A stretch of 64,000 bases of DNA from Promethearchaeia archaeon (GCA_029856045.1 JAHQWG010000001.1:1-64000); one strand, 5' to 3'. Counted from the first letter of the stretch, positions 1-9,294 are shown. The notes: generated from the sequence alone by a model not told the origin. Numbers and translations are program-made.

Positions 1-8
1 TGACTCAT
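1..8 (-). CDS. Possible 5' end of a gene running off the window (ATG AGT CA...)
   Basis: Minus-strand ATG at 8-6 preceded by a G-rich SD-like AGGGGG; only two codons visible. Confidence 0.35.
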
Positions 9-76
9 TCTGATATGCCCCCTGGGAGCACTTCTTTATATTTTTTAAAAACTTTTAATTAAGAAATTAACGCTTT

Positions 77-763
77 TTAAGATTCAAGTCTAGCTCTTAT
101 TTGGGCTAATAACCATTTTTTAATTTGAATAAAATTTTTTAACATACCTTTCCCTTGTTCAGTAGGAAACTCTTGCTCCTGTGGTAGGTTTTGGGTATAT
201 GTCATCCATTTATTTAGAGCGAGTTGTACCAGATTATATCCTTCAGCCTCCTTTATGATCGGAATTACGGCGGCAGTTTCTCTTGTGTCACCTACAGAGA
301 AGTATATCTTTCTTATAACATCTCCAATCATTATTCCATTAATTACTTCATCTATTTTCCTTAAGACAATAATAGATTTTAGTATTTGGCTTTTTACGGT
401 TTCTTCAAGGGCGCTAAACCCTTTCTTCCTATTTTCTATTATTTCTTTAATTTTTTCAGTTAATGATTCTATTTCTTCTTCGGTATTAGCAAAATAAGTT
501 ATATTTATTCCGTTATCTGTTGCTTGAACTTTGCAGAAATATTTTTTAGTTGAATTATACATAATTATTGTGCTTCCTTTTTCTTCTGCAGAAAGTTTAA
601 TCCAAATAGCACGGAGTTGGACGTCATTACAGCAATGATATGAAATTTCAAATAATTCTTTTTTTGATAAAGAATCATAGGGTATTGTAATAACTTTATT
701 TTTCCAGTTTTTCTCAACAATATTTTTATATTGTGATAAAATCTTGTTTTCGACCACGACCAT
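77..763 (-). CDS. Hypothetical protein (228 aa)
   Basis: Long ORF with GGTG SD-like motif, co-oriented downstream of SepSecS; no motif recognised. Confidence 0.7.
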   Translation of the reverse strand: MVVVENKILSQYKNIVEKNWKNKVITIPYDSLSKKELFEISYHCCNDVQLRAIWIKLSAEEKGSTIIMYNSTKKYFCKVQATDNGINITYFANTEEEIESLTEKIKEIIENRKKGFSALEETVKSQILKSIIVLRKIDEVINGIMIGDVIRKIYFSVGDTRETAAVIPIIKEAEGYNLVQLALNKWMTYTQNLPQEQEFPTEQGKGMLKNFIQIKKWLLAQIRARLES

Positions 764-854
764 ATAACACCCACAAAAAGTTAAGAAATTTCTTATAATA
801 ATTTATCTTTTGCTAACATATAAATATTTATTGTAGTTTTTAATTTTAGTTGGT

Positions 855-2225
855 TTATTGGTTTAAGGATTTACTGAATTGATCATAAGATTTTTGAAAT
901 CTTTCAACTATTAGATCGATATCTCTTTTTGTTGCACCTATTGCGGAATTCATAACGATATAAGCATGTGGATAATGATTACAACACATCCCAAATGTTG
1001 TTACGGTTGGATCATATACTCTTGGACCGGTAACTCGCAAATTATATAAGGCACCTCCTAACAATGATAAATTTTTTCCTTTCAAATTATTTAAAGTTAA
1101 TGCAATAGCTACAGGATTAAATACGTTGAGTATTTTTTCTCCAATTTTATCAGCAATTTTGTTTAATTCAACTTCTAAATATTTACGATTTTCCTTTTGT
1201 TGTTCTATAAGTATTTGATAACCTTTAATACCTAATGAGAGGACAGAAATTAAAAACTGAAAAATGGGTGAGGCATTAGCTCGTCCAGCGTATGTTCGGC
1301 TAATTTTTTCCATTGTATCTTTATGTGGTGTGCATATAATTGACCCACCAACTGGTGTTAGAAAGTTTTTATCAGTAGATTGAATTATTGCATCAACTCT
1401 TCCGGCGTCTATAGCTGATCTTATCATTTTCATCCATTCTTCACTTTGCACTCCATAAGCATTAACAACTATATGAGTAAGATCTCTCTCTTGGGCTAAT
1501 TTGGCAATTTCTTTAATATTATCTGCTTCACGAGGAGGAAAAAAGCTTGTAAATGATAAGATTGAGAATGTATCTTTATCAATTCCAGCAGATATCTTTT
1601 CTATTGGAACACGAACAGCATCTCCATATATTTCCCCTTCAATAATTTTAGGTTCAGCACCCATATATTTAATTCCTTTTATTATTGATGTATGATCTAA
1701 TCTAGGCACAACTACTTTTCTTTTGTGAAGAGTATCATTTTTCCATTCAGGTCGTAATCCAGCTAAACACAATGATAAGGACATTCCGGTCGCCATTGGA
1801 ACAACTAAGGCATCTTTAATGTTAGGTAATCCAAACTTAGTCATTGCATATTTTGCTAATTTATTACTTAAATCATACATGATTGACCCGCCCGGTGCCT
1901 TAGGTTGAGGGGCACTAATTTCTCCACTTCTACCAATCCCATGACAAAAACCAGCAGAGTAGAGATTTAATAATGGTGTTGAAATACGTGCTTCCCTTTC
2001 ACCCACTCTAGCGGCATCTAAATCTTTATCTGTATCCATTTGAGATAATAATTTTAGTAAAAATTTTATTTGCTCATCTTCCCAAGGCTCTTCCGGAACT
2101 CGTTTTTGTTCTAATAAATTTTTAATTGGCTTTAACCAATTATCAAGAACAATTTGTCCCCTATTAATCATATTTTCCGGAATTTTCGAACCTTCAATCA
2201 AATCTTTTATTTTTTTTTCAAACAT
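855..2225 (-). CDS. spcS: O-phosphoseryl-tRNA(Sec) selenium transferase (SepSecS)
   Basis: Motifs VGEREAR, HGIGRSG..QPKAPG, PMATGMSL, QSTDKNF (PLP lysine), YAGRA; adjacent to tRNA-Sec. Confidence 0.97.
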   Translation of the reverse strand: MFEKKIKDLIEGSKIPENMINRGQIVLDNWLKPIKNLLEQKRVPEEPWEDEQIKFLLKLLSQMDTDKDLDAARVGEREARISTPLLNLYSAGFCHGIGRSGEISAPQPKAPGGSIMYDLSNKLAKYAMTKFGLPNIKDALVVPMATGMSLSLCLAGLRPEWKNDTLHKRKVVVPRLDHTSIIKGIKYMGAEPKIIEGEIYGDAVRVPIEKISAGIDKDTFSILSFTSFFPPREADNIKEIAKLAQERDLTHIVVNAYGVQSEEWMKMIRSAIDAGRVDAIIQSTDKNFLTPVGGSIICTPHKDTMEKISRTYAGRANASPIFQFLISVLSLGIKGYQILIEQQKENRKYLEVELNKIADKIGEKILNVFNPVAIALTLNNLKGKNLSLLGGALYNLRVTGPRVYDPTVTTFGMCCNHYPHAYIVMNSAIGATKRDIDLIVERFQKSYDQFSKSLNQ

Positions 2226-2263
2226 ACTTATTCCTTCAATCTATATATGATAAATAAATAATA

Positions 2264-2356
2264 TGGCGGCCTCCGAGGGGAATCGAACCCCTACTCCTTC
2301 GCAGAGTAACTGGATTTGAAGTCCAGTGTCTAAGACCACTCAAACCGTCAGAGGCC
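2264..2356 (-). tRNA. selC: tRNA-Sec (anticodon UCA), 93 nt, encoded CCA
   Basis: Reverse complement GGCCTCTGA...TCGGAGGCC-GCCA: 9-bp acceptor stem, 7-bp D stem with TGGT loop, CTGGA-CTTCAAA-TCCAG anticodon arm, long variable arm, 4-bp T stem GGGG-TTCGATT-CCCC. Confidence 0.97.
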
Positions 2357-2461
2357 ATATGATATCGTTTTATTATTTTTTGTATTTGTGTTATTAGAAT
2401 TGATATTAAATAAAAAGAATTTTAAAATAAAAAATATGTTTTCGATATTTTTATTATTATC

Positions 2462-3286
2462 TTATTTTCCAATAAATTTCGGTTCTCTTTTTTCTTTTAA
2501 AGAATTTAAGGATTCATTAAAATCTTTACTTACTAGTGTTTTTATCCATCCTTTATTTTCTAAATCTAACTGTTTTTCTATTATATCTTTAAAATAAGCA
2601 TGTATCGTCTTTTTCATTAATTTAATTGATAAACTAGGACCCATTGGAGGAATTAATCGTAATGCTTGTTTCCTAACGTAAGGCATTAACTCTTTTTTTG
2701 GTAAAACTTTATTAATTCCAATATTTAATTCATAAGCCTGCTGAGCGGTAAGTTTCTCTCCAAAATAGAATAATTCTTTAGCTCTTTGAAATCCAATAAT
2801 AAGTGGTAGGAAAAAGGTCGTAGCAAAATCTGGCATAACCGCTCTTTTGATAAAAAAAAATGCAATCCATGCATCTTCTGAAATATAAACTAAATCAGAG
2901 CAAACTAAAGGCAATGTAAAGCCACCACCAACAGCAAGGCCATTAATTGCCGTAATTACTGGTTTTGAGAAATTCCAGAATTTTAAACATAATTTTTTTG
3001 AAGCCATATCTCTCAAATTAATTTCCTTAATATATTCAGAAGGAATTTCTTTAAACATATCCCTAGCAAAATAACCTCCTGAACAAAAAGCTTTAGCTTC
3101 TTCGCAACCTGTTAAAATTACTACTTTAATTTCTTTGTCTTTCTCCGCAACATCAATTGCATACCATAATTCCAAAAGAGATAGCAAAGAGAGTGCATTT
3201 TTTCGTTCTGGTCTGTTTAATGTAATAGTGGCTATTCCATTTTCTTCCTTTTCAAATAAAATATCCTTAAAATCTTTAATATCCAT
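2462..3286 (-). CDS. Enoyl-CoA hydratase/isomerase (crotonase) family protein
   Basis: IATITLNRPERKNAL, AFCSGG, KPVITAINGLAVGGG, C-terminal EKREPKF. Confidence 0.92.
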   Translation of the reverse strand: MDIKDFKDILFEKEENGIATITLNRPERKNALSLLSLLELWYAIDVAEKDKEIKVVILTGCEEAKAFCSGGYFARDMFKEIPSEYIKEINLRDMASKKLCLKFWNFSKPVITAINGLAVGGGFTLPLVCSDLVYISEDAWIAFFFIKRAVMPDFATTFFLPLIIGFQRAKELFYFGEKLTAQQAYELNIGINKVLPKKELMPYVRKQALRLIPPMGPSLSIKLMKKTIHAYFKDIIEKQLDLENKGWIKTLVSKDFNESLNSLKEKREPKFIGK

Positions 3287-3380
3287 AATAAGTAGAATGG
3301 TAAAATAGAATAAAACTTTTCACTAGCAAACCGTTTAAACTGTTAGATGATATTTTTTTTATTTTTTTAATCCATTTATA

Positions 3381-4028
3381 CTATTTAGGAAGTTCGATTG
3401 CAGCTAGTTGTTCGACATTAAGGCGTTTTAATCCAGATTTGGATAAAGACACCCCATAAACTCTCTCTATAAATGATACAATTAAATGCGTAGTAGCGCC
3501 CCATACATTATATTTTGGATAACGGTAAACTGGAAATTTGTTTGAACCAATTTCAAAATAAGTTTCAGTAAAATTTTGTTGGTCTAAAAAGAAATCCATT
3601 GGAATTTGATAAATTTTCTCTACTTCAGTATCTTGTTTTTTCAATTGAGCTCCACTTTGGATTAAACCTACGAAAGGAGTTATAATATATCTTGTAGTGG
3701 TTGGTAGATCATCCAAACACCCGAATATTTTGATATAATCTTTAGAAACTCCAATTTCCTCTTCATTTTCTCTAAGAGCTGTATCTAGAAGTGAATTATC
3801 GAGATTAGGATCAAATTTTCCTCCTGGAAAAGACATTTCTTTACGGTGCCGTTTTCCTACATTTGTTCTTTTAATGAGAATTACGTTGAGAATCTTATCA
3901 ATCTCCATGAATGGAAACAGCACAGCAGAGTTTTTAAATAACTCATGCTCAATTTTTAATCTTTCAGGAGAATTAAAGTTTAATAATTTACTTTTAATAA
4001 TTTGTGTACTAATATTTCTGTGATTCAT
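3381..4028 (-). CDS. Nudix CoA pyrophosphatase (NudL/PCD1 type)
   Basis: H..EMSFPGGK, Nudix box TALRENEEEIG, VWGAT motif. Confidence 0.9.
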   Translation of the reverse strand: MNHRNISTQIIKSKLLNFNSPERLKIEHELFKNSAVLFPFMEIDKILNVILIKRTNVGKRHRKEMSFPGGKFDPNLDNSLLDTALRENEEEIGVSKDYIKIFGCLDDLPTTTRYIITPFVGLIQSGAQLKKQDTEVEKIYQIPMDFFLDQQNFTETYFEIGSNKFPVYRYPKYNVWGATTHLIVSFIERVYGVSLSKSGLKRLNVEQLAAIELPK

Positions 4029-4091
4029 GAATAATTAGTAAAATTTTATTTTTCTGTTTAATTTTATAATATAATTTTAAAGAAATAATTA

Positions 4092-4421
4092 ATGGTTTAT
4101 TTGAAATTACCTAAAGAATTACAGCAGAATAAAAAAGGATACGGACCCAGTAGAATAAATAGAAAATGCTCAGTTGAAGAGTGCGGAGAAATTGCGATCC
4201 GCTCCTTATCAAAGCAAAAATGGGAGCCATATGCTGAGAGAGCAAATCTAAAATTAAAGAAATCAAAAGGTAGGAATTTCTATTTATGTAGGGTGCATTA
4301 TAAAGATGTAAATAAATATCGCAAGTCAGCAGAAAAACTAACAAAGAAAAATGTATTTACTGAAAATTCACGATATGGTATAGCAAGCAAAAAGAAAGCG
4401 ATTAGTCCCTGGGATAAATAA
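4092..4421 (+). CDS. Small basic zinc-binding protein (CxxxxC...CxxHY)
   Basis: CSVEEC...AIRSLS...YLCRVHYK pattern resembles a conserved archaeal hypothetical family. Confidence 0.65.
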   Translation: MVYLKLPKELQQNKKGYGPSRINRKCSVEECGEIAIRSLSKQKWEPYAERANLKLKKSKGRNFYLCRVHYKDVNKYRKSAEKLTKKNVFTENSRYGIASKKKAISPWDK

Positions 4422-4437
4422 GATAAAATAAAAAGGG

Positions 4438-4563
4438 TTAAGGAATATTTGCCATTTGGTTATAATATGGATTAATTAGGTCTATTTGGTTCATACTTAA
4501 GCCTATCGTTATGAGTGTTAAAGCTACAAGAAGGGCAATAACAGCAATTATTTTCATTCTCAT
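4438..4563 (-). CDS. Small single-TM membrane protein (41 aa), not in ORF track
   Basis: ATG at 4563 to TAA at 4438: MRMKIIAVIALLVALTLITIGLSMNQIDLINPYYNQMANIP; basic N-terminus, hydrophobic helix, fills the intergenic gap. Confidence 0.65.
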   Translation of the reverse strand: MRMKIIAVIALLVALTLITIGLSMNQIDLINPYYNQMANIP

Positions 4564-4630
4564 GTTATTTTAACTCATAACAAAATAATTATTATTTTTA
4601 AATAAAATTTGTTAATTCAATAATTTGAAC

Positions 4631-5530
4631 TTATTTTTCTTTATTTTTAGTATATTTTTTCAGAGTATCGACCATTAGATCCTTTTTTTTTATTTTGATT
4701 TCTAAATCTCTCTCTTTGGGTTTAAATTCATCTTCAGTTATTTCTTTTGTACTTAATCTACCTTTTAAGAATTTTAAATCTCTTTTTAAATCAGATTTCT
4801 CGGCTTCTATTCTTGCCAACCATAACTTAATACCAAGTTGCAAATTTTTAAGTTGTTGATTTACTTCTTCTAATTCTTTTTTATATTCCAACTTCAAATT
4901 TTCATAAATATCCTTATCCACTTTCCTGAGTTTGAAATTAGTATGTAATGTATTCAATTGGTCTTTTTTTTCAGCAATTATCTTTTCATATGTAAAATAT
5001 TCAAATTCGCCATCCATCTGACCTTTAATCTCTTGCTCTTTTACTTCTAAATCCGATTTTATTTTTTTTAACGCGTCAAGTTTAATCTTTACATCTTCCG
5101 TATATTCTGCGTCTATTTCGTACTGATCATCTTCAATTAATTTTTCCACAACCTCAAACTTTGCGGTAAGTCTTTTTTTCTTATTTTTAATGTCTCGGAG
5201 ATCAACCATTAATTCTAATCGCTTTTTAATCTCATCAGAGAGAGGTGGTATTTCTTTAAATTGTTCTTTAACTTTCTTTGATTTTTTATCCTTCTTTTGT
5301 TTCTCTTCATCTTTATCTCCTATCTCAATTTGCTCTTTCTCTTCTATTGGCTCATGATTTGATGGAGCCTCTTTTTCCTCTATTTTTAGATTCTCTTCAG
5401 TTTTAACAATTTTTGTCTTTTCCTCTGGTTCTGGCTTTTCAAGACCAGTTAAAAGTGGTTTTCCACAATAGATGCAGAATTTATCACTTGATTTCGATTT
5501 TTTACCGCAATATGGGCAAAAGTTTGTTAT
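4631..5530 (-). CDS. Zinc-ribbon + CdvA-like coiled-coil protein (299 aa, probable ATA start)
   Basis: Frame stays open 107 codons upstream of the ATG at 5209 and encodes FCPYCG..FCIYCG; GGTGA SD 6 nt before ATA at 5530; C-terminal repeats like KVDKDIYENLKLEY and LKGRLSTKEITEDEF. Confidence 0.7.
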   Translation of the reverse strand: MTNFCPYCGKKSKSSDKFCIYCGKPLLTGLEKPEPEEKTKIVKTEENLKIEEKEAPSNHEPIEEKEQIEIGDKDEEKQKKDKKSKKVKEQFKEIPPLSDEIKKRLELMVDLRDIKNKKKRLTAKFEVVEKLIEDDQYEIDAEYTEDVKIKLDALKKIKSDLEVKEQEIKGQMDGEFEYFTYEKIIAEKKDQLNTLHTNFKLRKVDKDIYENLKLEYKKELEEVNQQLKNLQLGIKLWLARIEAEKSDLKRDLKFLKGRLSTKEITEDEFKPKERDLEIKIKKKDLMVDTLKKYTKNKEK

Positions 5531-5646
5531 TTTAATTCACCTAATCTTCTTAATAGATTTCTTTTATAATTCTCAATATTGCAGAATTATTAATATATAT
5601 TATATATTATTATTTTGATTAAAGAACTAATTTTTAAATATTTAGT

Positions 5647-7131
5647 ATGCCAATAGTTAATACTCTTGATATCAAAGATAAAATCTCAGTTAATGTAGGG
5701 TTATTTGGACATATCGATAGCGGTAAAACAGCAATTGCCGAAGTTTTGAGCGAATTTGTATCGACTGCTGGAATAGATGCACATCCTCAAAGTAAAGAGA
5801 GAGGTATTACCATTGATATGGGTTTTACTTCGTTAATTTTAGAAAAATTTTTAGTAACATTGGTTGACTTACCAGGTCATGCAGATTTAATAAGGATTGT
5901 TGTAGCATCAATTGATATTATTGATTATGCTATTATCGTAATTGATGCAGTACATGGGCCACAAATACAAACTGGAGAACATTTGATAATATTGGAATCA
6001 CTTGGTATTAACCACATAATTGTAGCACTTAATAAAATCGACCTTATTTCAAAAGAACAATTAAATCTAATGATAAAAAAAGTTACATCCTTTCTTAAGA
6101 GTACCTCATTTGGCTCCGATGTTCCAATTTTTGCAGTTTCTGCAAAGAATAAAAAAGGTTTTGAAAAGTTAAAAAAAGGTTTATTAGATTTATTAAACAA
6201 AATAAAAGTGAAAAGAAATAAATCAGATGATTTAATAATTCCAATAGATCATCATTTTCCAATTAAAGGAATTGGAACCATAATTACTGGAACAATTCTT
6301 CAAGGAACAATTAAAGTAAATCAAAATTTAAATATTATTCCTATAAATAAATCTGGGCGAGTTAAATCACTCCAAATATTCAAACAAGATGTTGATAAAG
6401 CTGAAGCTGGTGATAGGATTGGTGTCGCAATTAAAGGGCTTGATTATAAGTCAATTTTTAGAGGTTGCTATGTTGTAAGTAATAAAGAAAATCTTATTTC
6501 GGGAAATTTTTTTAAATCTAAAATTTATATAAATAAGTATTATAAGGCAAGTCTCAAATTTGGCATACAAACACATATTACTTTAGGAATGAATACAATT
6601 CCTGCTTATATCTTTCCATTTAAAGAATTTAACAATAAATTTATCGCATTTAATCCAGACGAAAATGATGTTAATTTTAACGCAATAATATCTACAATTG
6701 AACCAGTTTTAATTAAAAATTTAGGATTATTAAAAAATAAGAAAAGCAAAAATTATGAAAAATTCCTTATCAGCCGTTTAGATCTACCTGCAACTACACT
6801 CAGAATTGTAGGAGTAGGAGAAATAATAGAGATATACGACCATCCTCCAAAATTACATAAATTTAAAATCAAAAAGGGTATAGTCAAAAATTCTAACCAT
6901 CCTCAAGGAATTATTGTTAATAATTTAGCAAAAAGCCTTGCTGGTGCTAAAAAAATAATAGGTAAAAAATTAGAACAACCTTTTGATAAAGTGTTTGACA
7001 TTTTTGGAACAAAAGGTGGTGTTGTAGTTAGCTTAAAAGAAAAAAAAACTGAAGTATCTAATGGAGATCAAGTAATATTAAAAGAATTGCGTAGTTTTAA
7101 CCTAAAACAAGGGCAGACCTATAATCTTTAA
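5647..7131 (+). CDS. selB: Selenocysteine-specific translation elongation factor (archaeal SelB / eEFSec-like)
   Basis: GHIDSGKT, PQSKERGITIDMGF, DLPGH, NKID, DHHFPIKGIGT, SRLD...LRI; short domain IV without bacterial winged-helix repeats. Confidence 0.95.
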   Translation: MPIVNTLDIKDKISVNVGLFGHIDSGKTAIAEVLSEFVSTAGIDAHPQSKERGITIDMGFTSLILEKFLVTLVDLPGHADLIRIVVASIDIIDYAIIVIDAVHGPQIQTGEHLIILESLGINHIIVALNKIDLISKEQLNLMIKKVTSFLKSTSFGSDVPIFAVSAKNKKGFEKLKKGLLDLLNKIKVKRNKSDDLIIPIDHHFPIKGIGTIITGTILQGTIKVNQNLNIIPINKSGRVKSLQIFKQDVDKAEAGDRIGVAIKGLDYKSIFRGCYVVSNKENLISGNFFKSKIYINKYYKASLKFGIQTHITLGMNTIPAYIFPFKEFNNKFIAFNPDENDVNFNAIISTIEPVLIKNLGLLKNKKSKNYEKFLISRLDLPATTLRIVGVGEIIEIYDHPPKLHKFKIKKGIVKNSNHPQGIIVNNLAKSLAGAKKIIGKKLEQPFDKVFDIFGTKGGVVVSLKEKKTEVSNGDQVILKELRSFNLKQGQTYNL

Positions 7132-7228
7132 GAGAGTTAATCAAAAATTAATCAAAATTATTAAATATAAAATTTATTATAATATTATACTAGATTGATA
7201 TAAAAAAAATAAATTAATAATAATTAGC

Positions 7229-7657
7229 ATGTCTGTTGAAGAAGAGCTAGAAATTGCCAAAGGACTTCAAGTTGAATTAATGCGACAACTAGAAAATTTG
7301 GAAACTAAAACTGATCTTGAGGGGACTGCAATTATTTCTAAAACAGGAATTAGGATAGCTAGCTCAGATACTGCCTCTACTGTTGCGGATCTTTTCAGTG
7401 CAAGTCCAGCAACTTTAGTATCCTTAGGAATAAATATATCCAAAGGTTTAAACCAAGGAGAATTAAGAGATATTGTTGTTCGTGGGGTCGAAGGGTTCAC
7501 AATTATTACAACGAGTTCTCAGGAAAGTAATTTCATGTTGATAACTCATTCCAAAAAGGAGGCGTCTCTTGGATATTACTTTAATAAGATTAATAAATCT
7601 TACAGAGAAATTGAAAAATTATTAAAAGATGTAAAGATTAAATCTGCTTTTTATTAA
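7229..7657 (+). CDS. Roadblock/LC7 domain protein
   Basis: LEGTAIISKTGIRIASS, GELRDIVVRGVEG, ASLG pattern; size 142 aa. Confidence 0.85.
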   Translation: MSVEEELEIAKGLQVELMRQLENLETKTDLEGTAIISKTGIRIASSDTASTVADLFSASPATLVSLGINISKGLNQGELRDIVVRGVEGFTIITTSSQESNFMLITHSKKEASLGYYFNKINKSYREIEKLLKDVKIKSAFY

Positions 7658-7681
7658 ATTTATTTACATCTCCAATTAAAA

Positions 7682-8290
7682 CTACGAAATTTTAAATAAT
7701 TTTGAGCTAATTTGAATTATAGCTGGAAGCACAAATATGTATAATAATGTATTTGAAATAATATGCATAACTGAAAATGGGATGCCTGCAATAAAAATTG
7801 GAATCCAAACCTCAATACTTAACTCAACAAAAGGAAGATACCCCCCAATAGTAGCAATTATGTCATAAATGAATGTCCATGAAAAGCCAATTGCTGCGAA
7901 TAAAATTAAAACTCTTAATACGTATAGATCTTCAGCAGGCTTAAAATACTCTTTATTTTTCAAAAATTTAAATGACAAAAACCCTAAAAGACTCAAAATT
8001 GAATAGATTGATATCTGAGTAGCAAATAATAAAAGATGCGAGGGACCCATAGGATTCAAAAAACAAAAAATAGTAACACTAATGACACTTATGAATAACC
8101 CATTTTTTTTACCAAAAGAAAAACCACAAAAAAACAACATTAGACTAAAAAGTTCAAAGTTTGGGATCGCATACAAGAGATAGCCAACAAGCACCGTTAA
8201 TGCAGAAAATACACCGATAATTGCTACATTAAAAGAGTCACGGTCTAATAAATTAAATTTAGTATTTGATTTTAAGGTTTCCTTTTCCAT
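7682..8290 (-). CDS. ECF transporter S-component, probably cobalamin-specific (CbrT-like)
   Basis: About 6 TM helices, AxxxA-type N-terminal helix, IPNFE motif, C-terminal HIISN; near a DUF4430 gene. Confidence 0.75.
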   Translation of the reverse strand: MEKETLKSNTKFNLLDRDSFNVAIIGVFSALTVLVGYLLYAIPNFELFSLMLFFCGFSFGKKNGLFISVISVTIFCFLNPMGPSHLLLFATQISIYSILSLLGFLSFKFLKNKEYFKPAEDLYVLRVLILFAAIGFSWTFIYDIIATIGGYLPFVELSIEVWIPIFIAGIPFSVMHIISNTLLYIFVLPAIIQISSKLFKIS

Positions 8291-8349
8291 TTTCTTTATT
8301 TTATAATTTTATTTTATTATTGATAGCTATGCAATCTAGGAAAGTAGTA

Positions 8350-8369
8350 CTATTATTAAAATTTTCGTT
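8350..8369 (-). promoter_or_regulatory. BRE+TATA promoter of the ECF S-component gene
   Basis: Minus strand AACGAAAATTTTAATAATAG, 60-80 nt upstream of the start; matches 10641-10660. Confidence 0.6.
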
Positions 8370-8447
8370 ATTTTTTTTTTTTGCATAGGATATATAAGTA
8401 TAAATTAATGATTGTTTTTAGTCTAGGTTCTAAAATAATTTAAGGAT

Positions 8448-8513
8448 ATCACAAAAAATACGTTAAATTTTTGCAAAAATCATTTTTCAATAATTTTAAA
8501 AAGAGGGAAAAAT
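8448..8513. repeat. ~65-bp direct repeat, copy A
   Basis: ATCACAAAAAATACGTTAAATTTTTGCAAAAATCATTTTTCAATAATTTTAAAAAGAGGGAAAAAT; near-identical to 10738-10800. Confidence 0.85.
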
Positions 8514-8532
8514 TTGATAAAAATATTATTAA

Positions 8533-9294
8533 TTGGTGATAAAATTGGATATTTTTTTTGAAATTCATAAGGATTTACCGAGAGAAGGGCCAGGTAATAA
8601 TGAAGCAACAAAAAAAGCATTTTCTTTTTTAAAAGAATTACCTCCTAATCCACGCATTTTGGATATAGGATGTGGTCCGGGTATGCAAACTATACAATTA
8701 ACTAAAATGGCAGATTGTAAAATCATTGCTTTAGATACTCATCAGCCATTTCTGGACGAATTAAATCGACGTGCAAAAAGTGAAGGTGTTCAAGATAGAA
8801 TTGAAATTGTTAATAACTCAATGTTTTCTATGGATTTTGAAGATGATTTCTTTGATGTAATCTGGTCTGAAGGAGCAATTTACATATTTGGTTTTGAAAA
8901 GGGACTTAAAGAATGGCGCCGATTTTTAAAGAGAAGGGGATATTTTGTTGTATCTGAAGTTTCATGGTTAAAACAGAATCCGCCCGAAGAAATAAAAGGT
9001 TTCTGGGAAAAATATTATCCAAGTATTAAATTGATTGAAAAAAACATACGGATTATAAAGAATTTAGGTTATAATTTTCTACATAATTTTACTATTCCAG
9101 AATCAGGCTGGTGGGAAGAATACTATATACCTCTTGAAAAACGTATCGCTCTCTTACGAAAAAAGTATCATGGTAATATCGAAGCCAAAAAGGCTTTAGA
9201 TCAGGAACTAGAAGAAATTACCTTTTATAAGAAATATTCTGAGTATTATGGATATGTATTTTACATAATGCAAAAAAAAGATCCTGATAAATAA
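8533..9294 (+). CDS. Class I SAM-dependent methyltransferase (start may be TTG at 8545)
   Basis: LPREGPG, ILDIGCGPG, FDVIWSEGA, YYGYVFYI. Confidence 0.9.
   Translation: MVIKLDIFFEIHKDLPREGPGNNEATKKAFSFLKELPPNPRILDIGCGPGMQTIQLTKMADCKIIALDTHQPFLDELNRRAKSEGVQDRIEIVNNSMFSMDFEDDFFDVIWSEGAIYIFGFEKGLKEWRRFLKRRGYFVVSEVSWLKQNPPEEIKGFWEKYYPSIKLIEKNIRIIKNLGYNFLHNFTIPESGWWEEYYIPLEKRIALLRKKYHGNIEAKKALDQELEEITFYKKYSEYYGYVFYIMQKKDPDK

Noticed and set aside
5537-5566. In-frame TGA upstream of the zinc ribbon read as Sec
   Set aside because: The TGA is part of the GGTGA SD; the frame closes at TAA (5564-5566) with no start codon in between.
8291-8530. Cobalamin riboswitch upstream of the ECF S-component
   Set aside because: The region is extremely AT-rich, has no B12-box or GC stems, and the promoter is too close to the start.
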